A stretch of DNA of 64,000 nucleotides from a bacterium (GTDB taxonomy: Bacteria > Sysuimicrobiota > Sysuimicrobiia > Sysuimicrobiales > Kaftiobacteriaceae): NCBI GenBank assembly GCA_044868695.1, contig JBIOWP010000105.1, positions 1 to 64,000 on the forward strand. Reading direction: 5' to 3'. Below are positions 1-8,238 of this stretch, piece after piece. Position 1 is the first letter of the stretch. The number at the start of each line of letters is the position of its first letter. A program made the position numbers and the translations under genes. Under the pieces are notes generated by a model. The model made no database searches. It was not told the DNA's origin and was given only the letters and a program-made list of their open reading frames with translations.

Positions 1-2
1 TT

Positions 3-1091
3 GCATTAAGATGTCTTACCAAAGCAGAGGATCTCCTTCGGTCGCTGGGAGACCGGCGCGCCATTGGGATGGTGGATCTTCAAAGAGGCATTGTGTACAG
101 ATACTTGGGCCAGCTTGTACGATCTGAGTACCATCTCCTACGTGGTGTGACAGAACTCAAAGGGATGGGGGACCGAGTTGGCGAGGCGCGAGGCCTTGGT
201 CAGCTTGCATGTACACACGCGGCATTGGGAAGGCTTAGGGAGTCGATTCATGAATGTGAGACCGCCTTACGGATCGCCCGACAGGCCAAAGATGTTCGCG
301 CCCTGATCATGATCTTGAACAACGCAGCGTTTGGAGTCTACAGGCTCACTGGCGGGTATTTGCGTGGGGAAAGGTACGCGAATGAAGCGATGCGACTTGT
401 CGCGGATGGCGGCAATGTTGAAAATCCAGCTGCCTATGGCGATACCATGGCCGCAATCTTGGTCGAGACTGGCCGACTCAACGAGGCACTCCAATGGGCT
501 CGACAGAGTGAGGCGCGATACTCTGCATCTGGTTATCGCACATGGATAGGGATCGACATTCGGTTGACTCTCGGCTCAATTCTGCTAGAACTTGGACGAC
601 CCCGAGAGGCAATGGCTTGTTTGCGTCGAGCAAAGCGGGACCTGGGAAGAAACAGAGAGCCCGCGTCTGAGCTGCTTATTCAGACGGGCATGGCCATGGC
701 CTCTCTCCAGAGCGGAAACATGAAGAGAGCTCTGGGACACGAAAGATGCATCAGCGCGCTTCTTAACCGCGTCGACGGAGTGGAACAAATTCAGAGAGTC
801 TATTGGACTCAGTTTCAGATCTTGCGTAAGGCTGGAAGGGACGGTGCTGCGCGAAGGGCTCTGCGACGGGCAGTCTTTGCGATAGTTCGCCAAGCGAGTA
901 CACTCAAAGGGCCAATACGAACGCATTTCCTCGCTTCAAAAGTAAACACGAAGATCCTCCATGAACTCCTGAGTTTGTCTAGATCTGTCGGACCAGGTAG
1001 GGACAAAAGAAGCGTCAAGGAACTACTACGAACAGTGGAAGTACCTCCCAATCCGGATGGGTTGGCTACCCTTGGATCTCCGCTTCAATAG
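3..1091 (+). CDS. TPR-repeat protein, C-terminal part (5' end lies outside the window); probably the tail of a large NTPase/regulator-TPR protein
   Basis: Frame is open from base 3 through ORF 69..1091. Repeated TPR-like helices (GDRVGEARGLGQLACTHAALGRLRESIH, LGSILLELGRPREAMACL). Codon usage is visibly more AT-rich than the rest of the window. Confidence 0.7.
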   Translation, partial: ALRCLTKAEDLLRSLGDRRAIGMVDLQRGIVYRYLGQLVRSEYHLLRGVTELKGMGDRVGEARGLGQLACTHAALGRLRESIHECETALRIARQAKDVRALIMILNNAAFGVYRLTGGYLRGERYANEAMRLVADGGNVENPAAYGDTMAAILVETGRLNEALQWARQSEARYSASGYRTWIGIDIRLTLGSILLELGRPREAMACLRRAKRDLGRNREPASELLIQTGMAMASLQSGNMKRALGHERCISALLNRVDGVEQIQRVYWTQFQILRKAGRDGAARRALRRAVFAIVRQASTLKGPIRTHFLASKVNTKILHELLSLSRSVGPGRDKRSVKELLRTVEVPPNPDGLATLGSPLQ

Positions 1092-1497
1092 ATTGGAGAA
1101 ACAGATGGCATGACGGCTCGCTAAAGTTCCGCATCTGGAGGTCCCAGAAGAAGGGGAATAATCCCGCCGCCGCTCAGAAGGTTCTTAGATGTCCCGCTTG
1201 CTCTTCGCAGCCGGTGATGCCGCATCGGTACCCTGCAGCCGGTGCTCAGCCTACAGACTGTGCATATGGTGAAAGTCACTGGATTGCCCCATGCTTGCGC
1301 TTCCTGTGACGCCTCTGAGACGCCTCTATGGTATGTTCTGGGTTGCCGGTAGGAGAAGAATCCGGATCCCCCGGGCACCCAGGAACGTCGGTCCGGGGCT
1401 CTTAGGACACCGCCCTCCTGTCCAAGAGCAGCTGCTTCGGGGGATCCGGGACTTTCAGTGCACTTCCTGTGCACTTCCTGTTAGGGTGTATCCTCCT

Positions 1498-2145
1498 GTG
1501 ACGAAGGCTAGAGAGGAACGTGCGTTCTGGGTGTACCAGCTCCATTCAAACCTCCTGAACTCCATCGGAGCGGCGATTGCCCAGTCCAGAGTTTGCGAGC
1601 AGGCTGTGAGCACGGGCACGTCTGACTGTCTATTGGAAGTCAGGCGCCTGCAGTCAATCCTTGCCGACTTGGAGGCGACAACCCGCGATCTCGCTAGGCG
1701 GCGATCTGGCAATCTCCCCGCGGGTCTTCTCGAGGGCTTGAGCCGGATTGCGGCTGAGTTTCAGGTTCTCCATCCCGCAATTCAACTAGAGCTTCGCAGT
1801 CGAGGAGAGGGCGAGAGGGTCCAGCGACAAGCGGTCTCGGCCGCCCGAGTCGTGCTTCAGGAGGCGCTCGCCAATGCTGCGCGACACGGAATTCCGTCGC
1901 GAATCGAAGTTGACATCACCCTTGATCCGAGATCGCTGCTCTTGAGGGTTCGAGATAATGGCTGTGGTTTCGACCTAAGGAGTGTGGTAAATCGTGGTGG
2001 ATCAGAATGCGCGCATTGGGGGTTCCGGATCATGCAAGAATATGCCGAGATGGCCAATGGGCGGATTGAGGTGAGTTCGGCCGTTGGGCGGGGGACCCAG
2101 GTAACACTCCACATCGCTCTACAGCGTGCTGACACACCTGACTAA
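1498..2145 (+). CDS. NarX/UhpB-type (HisKA_3 + HATPase_c) histidine kinase core with no evident sensor domain; start uncertain (frame open from 1291)
   Basis: H-box-like EERAFWVYQLHSNL, N-box VLQEALANAARH, G1 VRDNGCGF, G2 WGFRIMQE, and C-terminal IEVSSAVGRGTQVTL. Confidence 0.75.
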   Translation: MTKAREERAFWVYQLHSNLLNSIGAAIAQSRVCEQAVSTGTSDCLLEVRRLQSILADLEATTRDLARRRSGNLPAGLLEGLSRIAAEFQVLHPAIQLELRSRGEGERVQRQAVSAARVVLQEALANAARHGIPSRIEVDITLDPRSLLLRVRDNGCGFDLRSVVNRGGSECAHWGFRIMQEYAEMANGRIEVSSAVGRGTQVTLHIALQRADTPD

Positions 2146-2254
2146 GGAATCCCCGATACCGGAACGACTCGGCTCAATTGGCTCCGGTGGACGTGACGAT
2201 TGTCTTCAGCGTCATGCTCCGTGGGGGAACAAGCAATGAGGCCGAAGAACTTCT

Positions 2255-4042
2255 GTGCTTAGAGTGAAGATGTTCGGTAGACTTTCAGTCGCAGTGGTCA
2301 CCGCAACATACCTCCTTATTGTCCTGGGCGGAGTGGTTCGCGCGACGGGTGCGGGGCTTGCGTGCCCTGATTGGCCCCTATGCCACGGTCGCGTGCTCCC
2401 GCCATTCGAGCCGCTCGTGCTCATTGAGTGGAGCCACCGTCTGGTGGCTTCGATCGTAGGACTCGTCACGCTGGCGCTGGCAACAATTGCGTGGCGCAGT
2501 TTGCGGGGGCGGCCGGAGATCACGCGGCCTGCGACCCTGGCCCTGCTGCTTGTCGCCGTTCAGATTGGGTTGGGCGGGCTGACCGTCCGCCGCGAGTTGA
2601 GCGCGTGGTTGGTCGTGGCACACCTCGGAACCGCGATGGCGTTCTTTGCCACGCTGATCGTGCTCGCTGTCACGACCATGACCGGGCCGCTTCAGCGACC
2701 CCGAGACCCCTTTCGAAGTTTTGCGCTAGTGACTGTGCTCGCGACCTTCGGGTTGGTGCTGATTGGAGGATACGTCAGCGCGAGCGGGGCGGGCTTGGCG
2801 TGTCCTGACTGGCCATTGTGTTATGGGCAGGTCCTCCCATCGCTGAGCGGCCCCGTCGGCGCGCATTTGTTCCACCGACTTGCGGCGGTCCTGGCGGGCG
2901 CGCTGATTCTGACGACAGCGGCCGCTGCCTACCGCACGCAGTCGCGCCGGCCACAATTGCAGGCGGCGTCTGCGATCGCGGTGGGCCTGCTGATCCTGCA
3001 GATCATCTTGGGAGCCCTCAACATCGAGTACGCCCTGGCCGATGCCGTGACGACCGCGCATCTGGCCACGGCGGCGTTGCTGTTCGCGACGCTCGTCGTG
3101 CTGGCCGCTCTTGCCGGCCGGCTCCCCGAGACAGAAGCGTACCGGTCGGAAGACGCAGGTACTGTGGATCGCCCCAGAGTTCAGCGCGTGATGGATTACG
3201 TAGCGCTGACCAAGCCGCGGATCATCGTGCTGCTGCTCGTCACGGCCTTCGCCTCAATGCTGATCGCGGCGCCGGGCAAGGTGTCGCCCTGGCTCATCCT
3301 CTTCACCCTGGCCGGCGGCGCGATGTCTGCCGGGTCGGCAAATGCGATCAATCAGTTGCTGGAGCGCGACATCGACGCGCTGATGACCCGCACGCGAAAA
3401 CGGCCGATCCCCGCCGGCCGCGTCATCCCGTCGTACGCCTTCGCGTTCGCGCTGCTGCTGGGCATCGTGGCATTTGTTGAGATGACGGTGCTCGTGAACC
3501 TGCCGGCCGCGCTTCTGTCCCTCGCGGCACTGCTCTTCTACGTGTTTGTGTACACCATGTGGTTGAAGAGGGCGACGCCGCAGAACATCGTTATCGGCGG
3601 GGCCGCGGGCGCGGTGCCTCCGCTGGTCGGGTGGGCGGCCGCGACGGGCCGGGTAGATCTCACCGCGATTATCCTCTTTCTTATCGTCTTTCTATGGACG
3701 CCGCCCCACTTCTGGGCTCTGGCGCTGTTCCGGAGAGACGACTACGCGCGCGCGCGCGTCCCGATGCTCCCTGTAGTGGTGGGAGAGGAAGAGACGCGGC
3801 GGCAGATTCTCGTCTACACGCTCGTCCTTGTCGTCAGCACCCTGGTGCTCTATCCGCTCGGCAGGATGGGGTTCATGTATTTGCTCTCCGCCGCCGTGCT
3901 CGGCGGGGTTTTCATCGCGCTGGCGGTTCGGCTATGGCGGGTCCGGACCACGGGGGCGGCCGTCCGTGTCTTCGGGTACTCTGTCCTTTACCTGGGCCTG
4001 CTCTTTGCAGCCATGGTCGCAGACCGTCTGCTCGGCGGTTAG
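2255..4042 (+). CDS. ctaB: Fused heme A synthase (CtaA/COX15) and heme O synthase (protoheme IX farnesyltransferase, CtaB)
   Basis: N-half has GAGLACPDWPLC twice plus EWSHR/HLFHR motifs. C-half has LTKPRII, ERDIDALMTRTRKRPIP, YTMWLKR, WTPPHFWALAL and DYARARVPMLPV. Confidence 0.92.
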   Translation: MLRVKMFGRLSVAVVTATYLLIVLGGVVRATGAGLACPDWPLCHGRVLPPFEPLVLIEWSHRLVASIVGLVTLALATIAWRSLRGRPEITRPATLALLLVAVQIGLGGLTVRRELSAWLVVAHLGTAMAFFATLIVLAVTTMTGPLQRPRDPFRSFALVTVLATFGLVLIGGYVSASGAGLACPDWPLCYGQVLPSLSGPVGAHLFHRLAAVLAGALILTTAAAAYRTQSRRPQLQAASAIAVGLLILQIILGALNIEYALADAVTTAHLATAALLFATLVVLAALAGRLPETEAYRSEDAGTVDRPRVQRVMDYVALTKPRIIVLLLVTAFASMLIAAPGKVSPWLILFTLAGGAMSAGSANAINQLLERDIDALMTRTRKRPIPAGRVIPSYAFAFALLLGIVAFVEMTVLVNLPAALLSLAALLFYVFVYTMWLKRATPQNIVIGGAAGAVPPLVGWAAATGRVDLTAIILFLIVFLWTPPHFWALALFRRDDYARARVPMLPVVVGEEETRRQILVYTLVLVVSTLVLYPLGRMGFMYLLSAAVLGGVFIALAVRLWRVRTTGAAVRVFGYSVLYLGLLFAAMVADRLLGG

Positions 4043-4054
4043 TCCGCGTCCACG

Positions 4055-5227
4055 CTAGCCAGCCTCCGGCTGCAGGTGGAGCGCGTCGGCGCGTAGGAAT
4101 AGTAGGGCGGCGGTCGCCACCACCGGTACCAGCGCAAACGCCCACTGGACGCCCCACACGGCCAGGATTCCACCCACCACCGGTCCCACGAAGAACCCCA
4201 GATCCGCCGCCGCGTTCAACCCGCCCATCGCCGCCACCAGATGCTGTTGGGGCGAGCGGCTCGTGACTCGAGTCGAGAGGGCCAGCGGAATCGGCGCGCT
4301 GAGCAGCGCGGACAGGAAGTTCACCGTGAACAGGGCTGGGAATGACCCGAGCAGGGGCATGACGCCCACCCCCACGCCGCGGACAAGGAAGGAGAGCCCC
4401 AGGAGCCGTTCGGCGGATACCCGCCCGGGGATCCGCCCCAGTACCGCCTGCGCGATAATGAAGGCCACCCCGCCGCCCGTGAAGATCAGCCCAATTTCGG
4501 ACGTGCTCATCCCCTGCGCGGCGGCGTGCAGTGGAAGAAATGTCGTAAAGATGCTGAAGGTCGCGGTGTTGCAAATGGTCAGCAGCCACACGCGCGCGAC
4601 GGCAGGTGCGCTCGTCAGCAGCGCCGCGTATGACGCCAGGGGGTTGGGGCTGTTGTCGCGCACCGGCGACACGACCGCGACGCCCGGAATCGTCAGCAGG
4701 GAGGCAAGGGCGGCGACAAAGAACGGCGTGGCCAGAGATCCGCGCTCGCCCAACCAGCCGCCGAGGGCGGGGCCCACGAGCTGGCCGATCCCAAAATACA
4801 GCCAGAACAGCGCGAACAGCGCAGGCCGGCGGTCCGGCGGGCCGGCCTCGGCGACCTCCGCGAACGCGACCGGCCACAAGACACCGCGCACCGCGCCGAG
4901 GCCCAGCCGGGTCAGATACAATCCTAGAAGGGACCCAACGAGCGGAAACCAGGCGAACATCACGGCGCTGCCGGCCAGGGCGACGACGACCGCCAGGCGG
5001 CGGCCGATGTACGAGCTGACGCTCAGCGCCAGCACTTCTGTCACAATCAAGGCGAGGGACATCGCCCCGATGACGCCGCCGATGTGGAACGAGGGCAGGC
5101 CCCGCCGGTCCAGGTAGAGGGGGATAACCGGGGAAGTCACCATGAACGACAGAATCGCGCCCATGGCGACCAGCCCAAGAGCGTGGACGCGCCAGGGGGA
5201 AGAGGCCGCCGCCATGTCTTTGAACAT
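4055..5227 (-). CDS. MFS transporter
   Basis: 390 aa with about 12 hydrophobic segments; MFS-like SYIGRR and GPALGGWL motifs. Confidence 0.85.
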   Translation of the reverse strand: MFKDMAAASSPWRVHALGLVAMGAILSFMVTSPVIPLYLDRRGLPSFHIGGVIGAMSLALIVTEVLALSVSSYIGRRLAVVVALAGSAVMFAWFPLVGSLLGLYLTRLGLGAVRGVLWPVAFAEVAEAGPPDRRPALFALFWLYFGIGQLVGPALGGWLGERGSLATPFFVAALASLLTIPGVAVVSPVRDNSPNPLASYAALLTSAPAVARVWLLTICNTATFSIFTTFLPLHAAAQGMSTSEIGLIFTGGGVAFIIAQAVLGRIPGRVSAERLLGLSFLVRGVGVGVMPLLGSFPALFTVNFLSALLSAPIPLALSTRVTSRSPQQHLVAAMGGLNAAADLGFFVGPVVGGILAVWGVQWAFALVPVVATAALLFLRADALHLQPEAG

Positions 5228-5300
5228 GATATTCGGGGAAGGAGAGTATTACAACCCGGCAGTTGCTCTTATTTCTTTTTGAGGATAAGGTGGCAGTAGA

Positions 5301-5672
5301 ATGTCGGATCTGTTGTCCCAGGACTGGGCAAAGATAATCACGGTTTCCTTCACGGTGATCCCCGCCGTGTACAAGTACCGGGGAGTCCTGGCAAGAGTCA
5401 CCGACCTCATCGCCGAAGGGTTCGGCTTCCTCTCGCTGGTTGGCGGGTTGTACCTCTACTCCAACACCCTTCCGCACCTCACGACCGTGGCGATGCAGAT
5501 GACCTCAGAACCCTCGCCTACCACCGCGCAGCACCTGCAGACGCTGGACCTGCTCTATTACGGGTCCATCGGCTTGATGGTGTTGGGTGGGCTGGTGTCG
5601 CTCTTCGGCCTGATCGGCCGGGTGACTCGAGTGGTGGCGCCCAAACCCACCACCCCGCCCCGGCGACGATAG
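5301..5672 (+). CDS. Hypothetical membrane protein
   Basis: 123 aa ORF with 2-3 hydrophobic segments, AAGGTGG-type RBS upstream, fills the gap between the MFS gene and rpoZ. Confidence 0.6.
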   Translation: MSDLLSQDWAKIITVSFTVIPAVYKYRGVLARVTDLIAEGFGFLSLVGGLYLYSNTLPHLTTVAMQMTSEPSPTTAQHLQTLDLLYYGSIGLMVLGGLVSLFGLIGRVTRVVAPKPTTPPRRR

Positions 5673-5679
5673 CCGGCGC

Positions 5680-5708
5680 TTGCACACCCTCCTTCTTACT
5701 GTTACAAT
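5680..5708 (+). promoter_or_regulatory. Sigma70-type promoter for rpoZ
   Basis: TTGCAC-17 bp-TACAAT with TG extension. Confidence 0.65.
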
Positions 5709-5759
5709 GAGGTGTTGTCCGCAATTAGCCCACCGTACTCCCATCTGGGGTGACGACAA

Positions 5760-5966
5760 GTGATCAAGCCGCCTCTCGAGGCGCTGCTGGGCCGGGTCGA
5801 GAACAAATACGCCCTCGTGATCGTGGCGGCCAAACGCGCTCGGCAATTGAAAGAGGGGGCGCTGCCGATGGTAGAGGTCGATTCCGGGAATCCGGTCACC
5901 GTCGCCCTCGAAGAGATCGCAGCGGGCAAGATCCGCTTCGAGCTGCCCAAGCTCCCTATCAAGTAG
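5760..5966 (+). CDS. rpoZ: RNA polymerase omega subunit
   Basis: NKYALVIVAAKRARQL and NPVTVALEEIAAGKI signatures. Confidence 0.96.
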   Translation: MIKPPLEALLGRVENKYALVIVAAKRARQLKEGALPMVEVDSGNPVTVALEEIAAGKIRFELPKLPIK

Positions 5967-6028
5967 CAGAACCAGACCACAGGATCGCGCGTACTCCCCG
6001 GTAGGACAGGACGACACATGGGGTCCTC

Positions 6029-6496
6029 ATGAAAGCGCTGTGGCTTCTTCTAATGGGGGCGGTGGCTGTAACCGCAGCGGCCGGTCCGCTGAGCGTGGAA
6101 CGCGTCGAGGGAGGCCTCCGCGTCGAGGCCTCGCTGCCGCGGGCGGCCTACGGACCCGGCGAGGTGGTGGACGTGGTCCTCAGCGCGTCCAATGCCGGCA
6201 CGGCTCCGCTCTCCGTCACGTTTACGAGCGGCCAGCGTTTCGATCTCTCGATCCGCCGCCCTCGCGGGGACGATGTGTGGCGATGGTCCCACGATAAGGC
6301 GTTCATTCAGGTCATCCAATCGGTCATGCTACAGCCCGGCGAACGCATGGACTTTAAAATCCCCTGGGACCAGCGGGACTACCAGGGCCGGCGGGTGGAT
6401 CCGGGTCCGTACGAGGCCGTGGCGGTGTTCATGGGCCGGACCGGAGCCGGGCGCGAGATACGATTGGCCCCGCTGGCGTTTACCATCGCCCCGTAG
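6029..6496 (+). CDS. Secreted protein with a BsuPI (intracellular proteinase inhibitor)-like Ig domain
   Basis: Signal peptide, then TFTSGQRFDL, VWRWSHDKAFIQV and WDQRDYQGRRVDPGPY. Confidence 0.75.
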   Translation: MKALWLLLMGAVAVTAAAGPLSVERVEGGLRVEASLPRAAYGPGEVVDVVLSASNAGTAPLSVTFTSGQRFDLSIRRPRGDDVWRWSHDKAFIQVIQSVMLQPGERMDFKIPWDQRDYQGRRVDPGPYEAVAVFMGRTGAGREIRLAPLAFTIAP

Positions 6497-6551
6497 CCCT
6501 TCCCTAGGAACAGTCCGGGATTTCCTTTATAATGGGGGTCGTTGATGGCGT

Positions 6552-6628
6552 GGCGGTGTAGCTCAGCTGGTTAGAGCACGCGGCTCATACCCGCGGTGTC
6601 GGGAGTTCGAGTCTCCCCGCCGCCACCA
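6552..6628 (+). tRNA. tRNA-Met (CAT), elongator type
   Basis: GGCGGTG acceptor stem, D arm, anticodon arm CGCGG-CTCATAC-CCGCG, GTTCGAGT T loop, encoded CCA. TATAAT at 6528-6533 upstream. Confidence 0.93.
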
Positions 6629-6729
6629 TTCGACTCGCCCGGCTGCGCCGGGCTCGCTCATGGCCTTCGGCCGCGGTGGATGGCGGCGAGTCGAATGGTG
6701 CCCTGAGCGAGCGAAGCGAGTCGAAGGGC
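6623..6729. repeat. Palindromic REP-like element abutting the tRNA 3' end
   Basis: CACCATTCGACTCGCC pairs with GGCGAGTCGAATGGTG, followed by CTGAGCGAGCGAAGCGAGTCGAAGGGC. Confidence 0.6.
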
Positions 6730-6739
6730 AGGCGGGGGA

Positions 6740-6763
6740 GGGGCGACGGGACGTCGCCCTTTT
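6740..6763 (+). terminator. Intrinsic terminator-like hairpin after the tRNA
   Basis: GGGCGACG-GGA-CGTCGCCC followed by TTTT. Confidence 0.55.
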
Positions 6764-6786
6764 GTGTTGCACGACGGGCAAAGCGT

Positions 6787-8226
6787 ATGAGCGATTTCGT
6801 CAGTAGTGTACGCGACACAATTGAGAAGTTCGGCCTCCTGACGCCCGGCGACGCCGTTGTCGTCGGCGTGTCCGGCGGTCCGGACTCCGTGGCTCTCCTG
6901 CGCGTGCTGGCCGACCTGCGCGACGAGTACGAGATTACGCTGCATGCCGCTCACCTCAACCACGGGCTGCGGGAAGATGCCGGCGACGACGCCGAGTTTG
7001 TCCGCGAGCTGACGAAGGCCTGGGGCGTCCCTGTCACCATCGAGGCCGCCGACGTCCGGGCCCTGGCTTCGGCGGAACGGCGATCTATTGAAGACGCCGG
7101 CAGGCGGGCCCGCTATGCGTTCTTCGCGCGCGCGGCGGCCGCCTCCGGCGCGTCGCGCGTGGCCACCGGGCATACCCGAGACGACCAGGCGGAGACCGTG
7201 GCCATGCGGCTTGTCCAAGGGGCCGCCTGGGATGCGCTGGCCGGCATCCCCGAGGCGCGCCCGTTGGGTGCGGCGACCGTCATCCGGCCGCTGATCGACA
7301 CGACCCGGGCGCAGATCATCGAGTATCTCCGCCTGCGTGGCATCGAATGGCGCGAGGATCCGACGAACCGAGATGAGCGGATCTTGCGGAACTGGGTCCG
7401 GTGGACCTGGCTCCCTAAGCTCGAGGCAACCCGCGCCGGGGTCAGACCCCTGCTGGTGGACGTTGGACGGGCGGCGCGAGGCGCGGAGCGGCTCCTGGGC
7501 GCGGTCGCCGAGAGCATCGTCGCCGGCGCGCATCGCCGGGGGCGGGCGATCCAGTTCCCGGTGGAGACGTTCCGAGAACTCCCCGCAGACGTCCGGCGCC
7601 GCGTCCTGCGGCTGGCGGTAAGGGAAGTTGCGGGAACAGAAATCACCCTGCCAGACGTTGTAGCGAGCGGAGCAGCAGAAGCCGCTGCCGGTCGCGTCGG
7701 GCGGGAGGTCGCACTGCAGGGGTGCGTCATCCGGCGATGGTATGAGGTCGTGGAAGTCGCGCCGCAGGAGCCCATGCCGGCGCGCGAGTATCGCCTGCGG
7801 GTCCCGGGCCGGGTAGACGCCGCCGACTTCGGAATGGTCGTGACGGCAGAGGTCATTGAGCGTACAAGTGTTCCGGTTCCAATGGGGTATGAGAAAGGTG
7901 AGGCGTATCTCGATGCAGGAACCGTTGGGCCCGAAGTCGTCGTGAGGCCCTGGCGGCCGGGAGACAAGTTGTCGCCCCTGGGTCTGCGCGGCACGAAGAA
8001 GGTGCATGACATCTTTGTAGATAGAAAGATTCCCCGGTGGGAACGGTCCCGCATCCCGCTGGTCGCCCACGGCGGCGGTCGCATCTTGTGGATCGTCGGC
8101 GTGGCCATCGCGGATCGTGCGAAGGTGACGGAGGCAAGCCCGCGAGTTGTGCGCCTGACAGCCAAGGGAGTCCGCGATGCAGGTCGAACTCTTGAAGAGA
8201 TGACCGCGGGCGCCGACAGAAGGTAG
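6787..8226 (+). CDS. tilS: tRNA(Ile)-lysidine synthase
   Basis: PP-loop VSGGPDS, HLNHGLR, ATGHTRDDQAET, EDPTN and a C-terminal TilS_C domain (KKVHDIFVDRKIP). Confidence 0.95.
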   Translation: MSDFVSSVRDTIEKFGLLTPGDAVVVGVSGGPDSVALLRVLADLRDEYEITLHAAHLNHGLREDAGDDAEFVRELTKAWGVPVTIEAADVRALASAERRSIEDAGRRARYAFFARAAAASGASRVATGHTRDDQAETVAMRLVQGAAWDALAGIPEARPLGAATVIRPLIDTTRAQIIEYLRLRGIEWREDPTNRDERILRNWVRWTWLPKLEATRAGVRPLLVDVGRAARGAERLLGAVAESIVAGAHRRGRAIQFPVETFRELPADVRRRVLRLAVREVAGTEITLPDVVASGAAEAAAGRVGREVALQGCVIRRWYEVVEVAPQEPMPAREYRLRVPGRVDAADFGMVVTAEVIERTSVPVPMGYEKGEAYLDAGTVGPEVVVRPWRPGDKLSPLGLRGTKKVHDIFVDRKIPRWERSRIPLVAHGGGRILWIVGVAIADRAKVTEASPRVVRLTAKGVRDAGRTLEEMTAGADRR

Positions 8227-8238
8227 GAGGCATTCAAC

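Noticed and set aside
1121..1474. 117-aa minus-strand ORF as a peptide or regulator gene
   Set aside because: No RBS or domain signature, and it overlaps the putative regulatory repeats.
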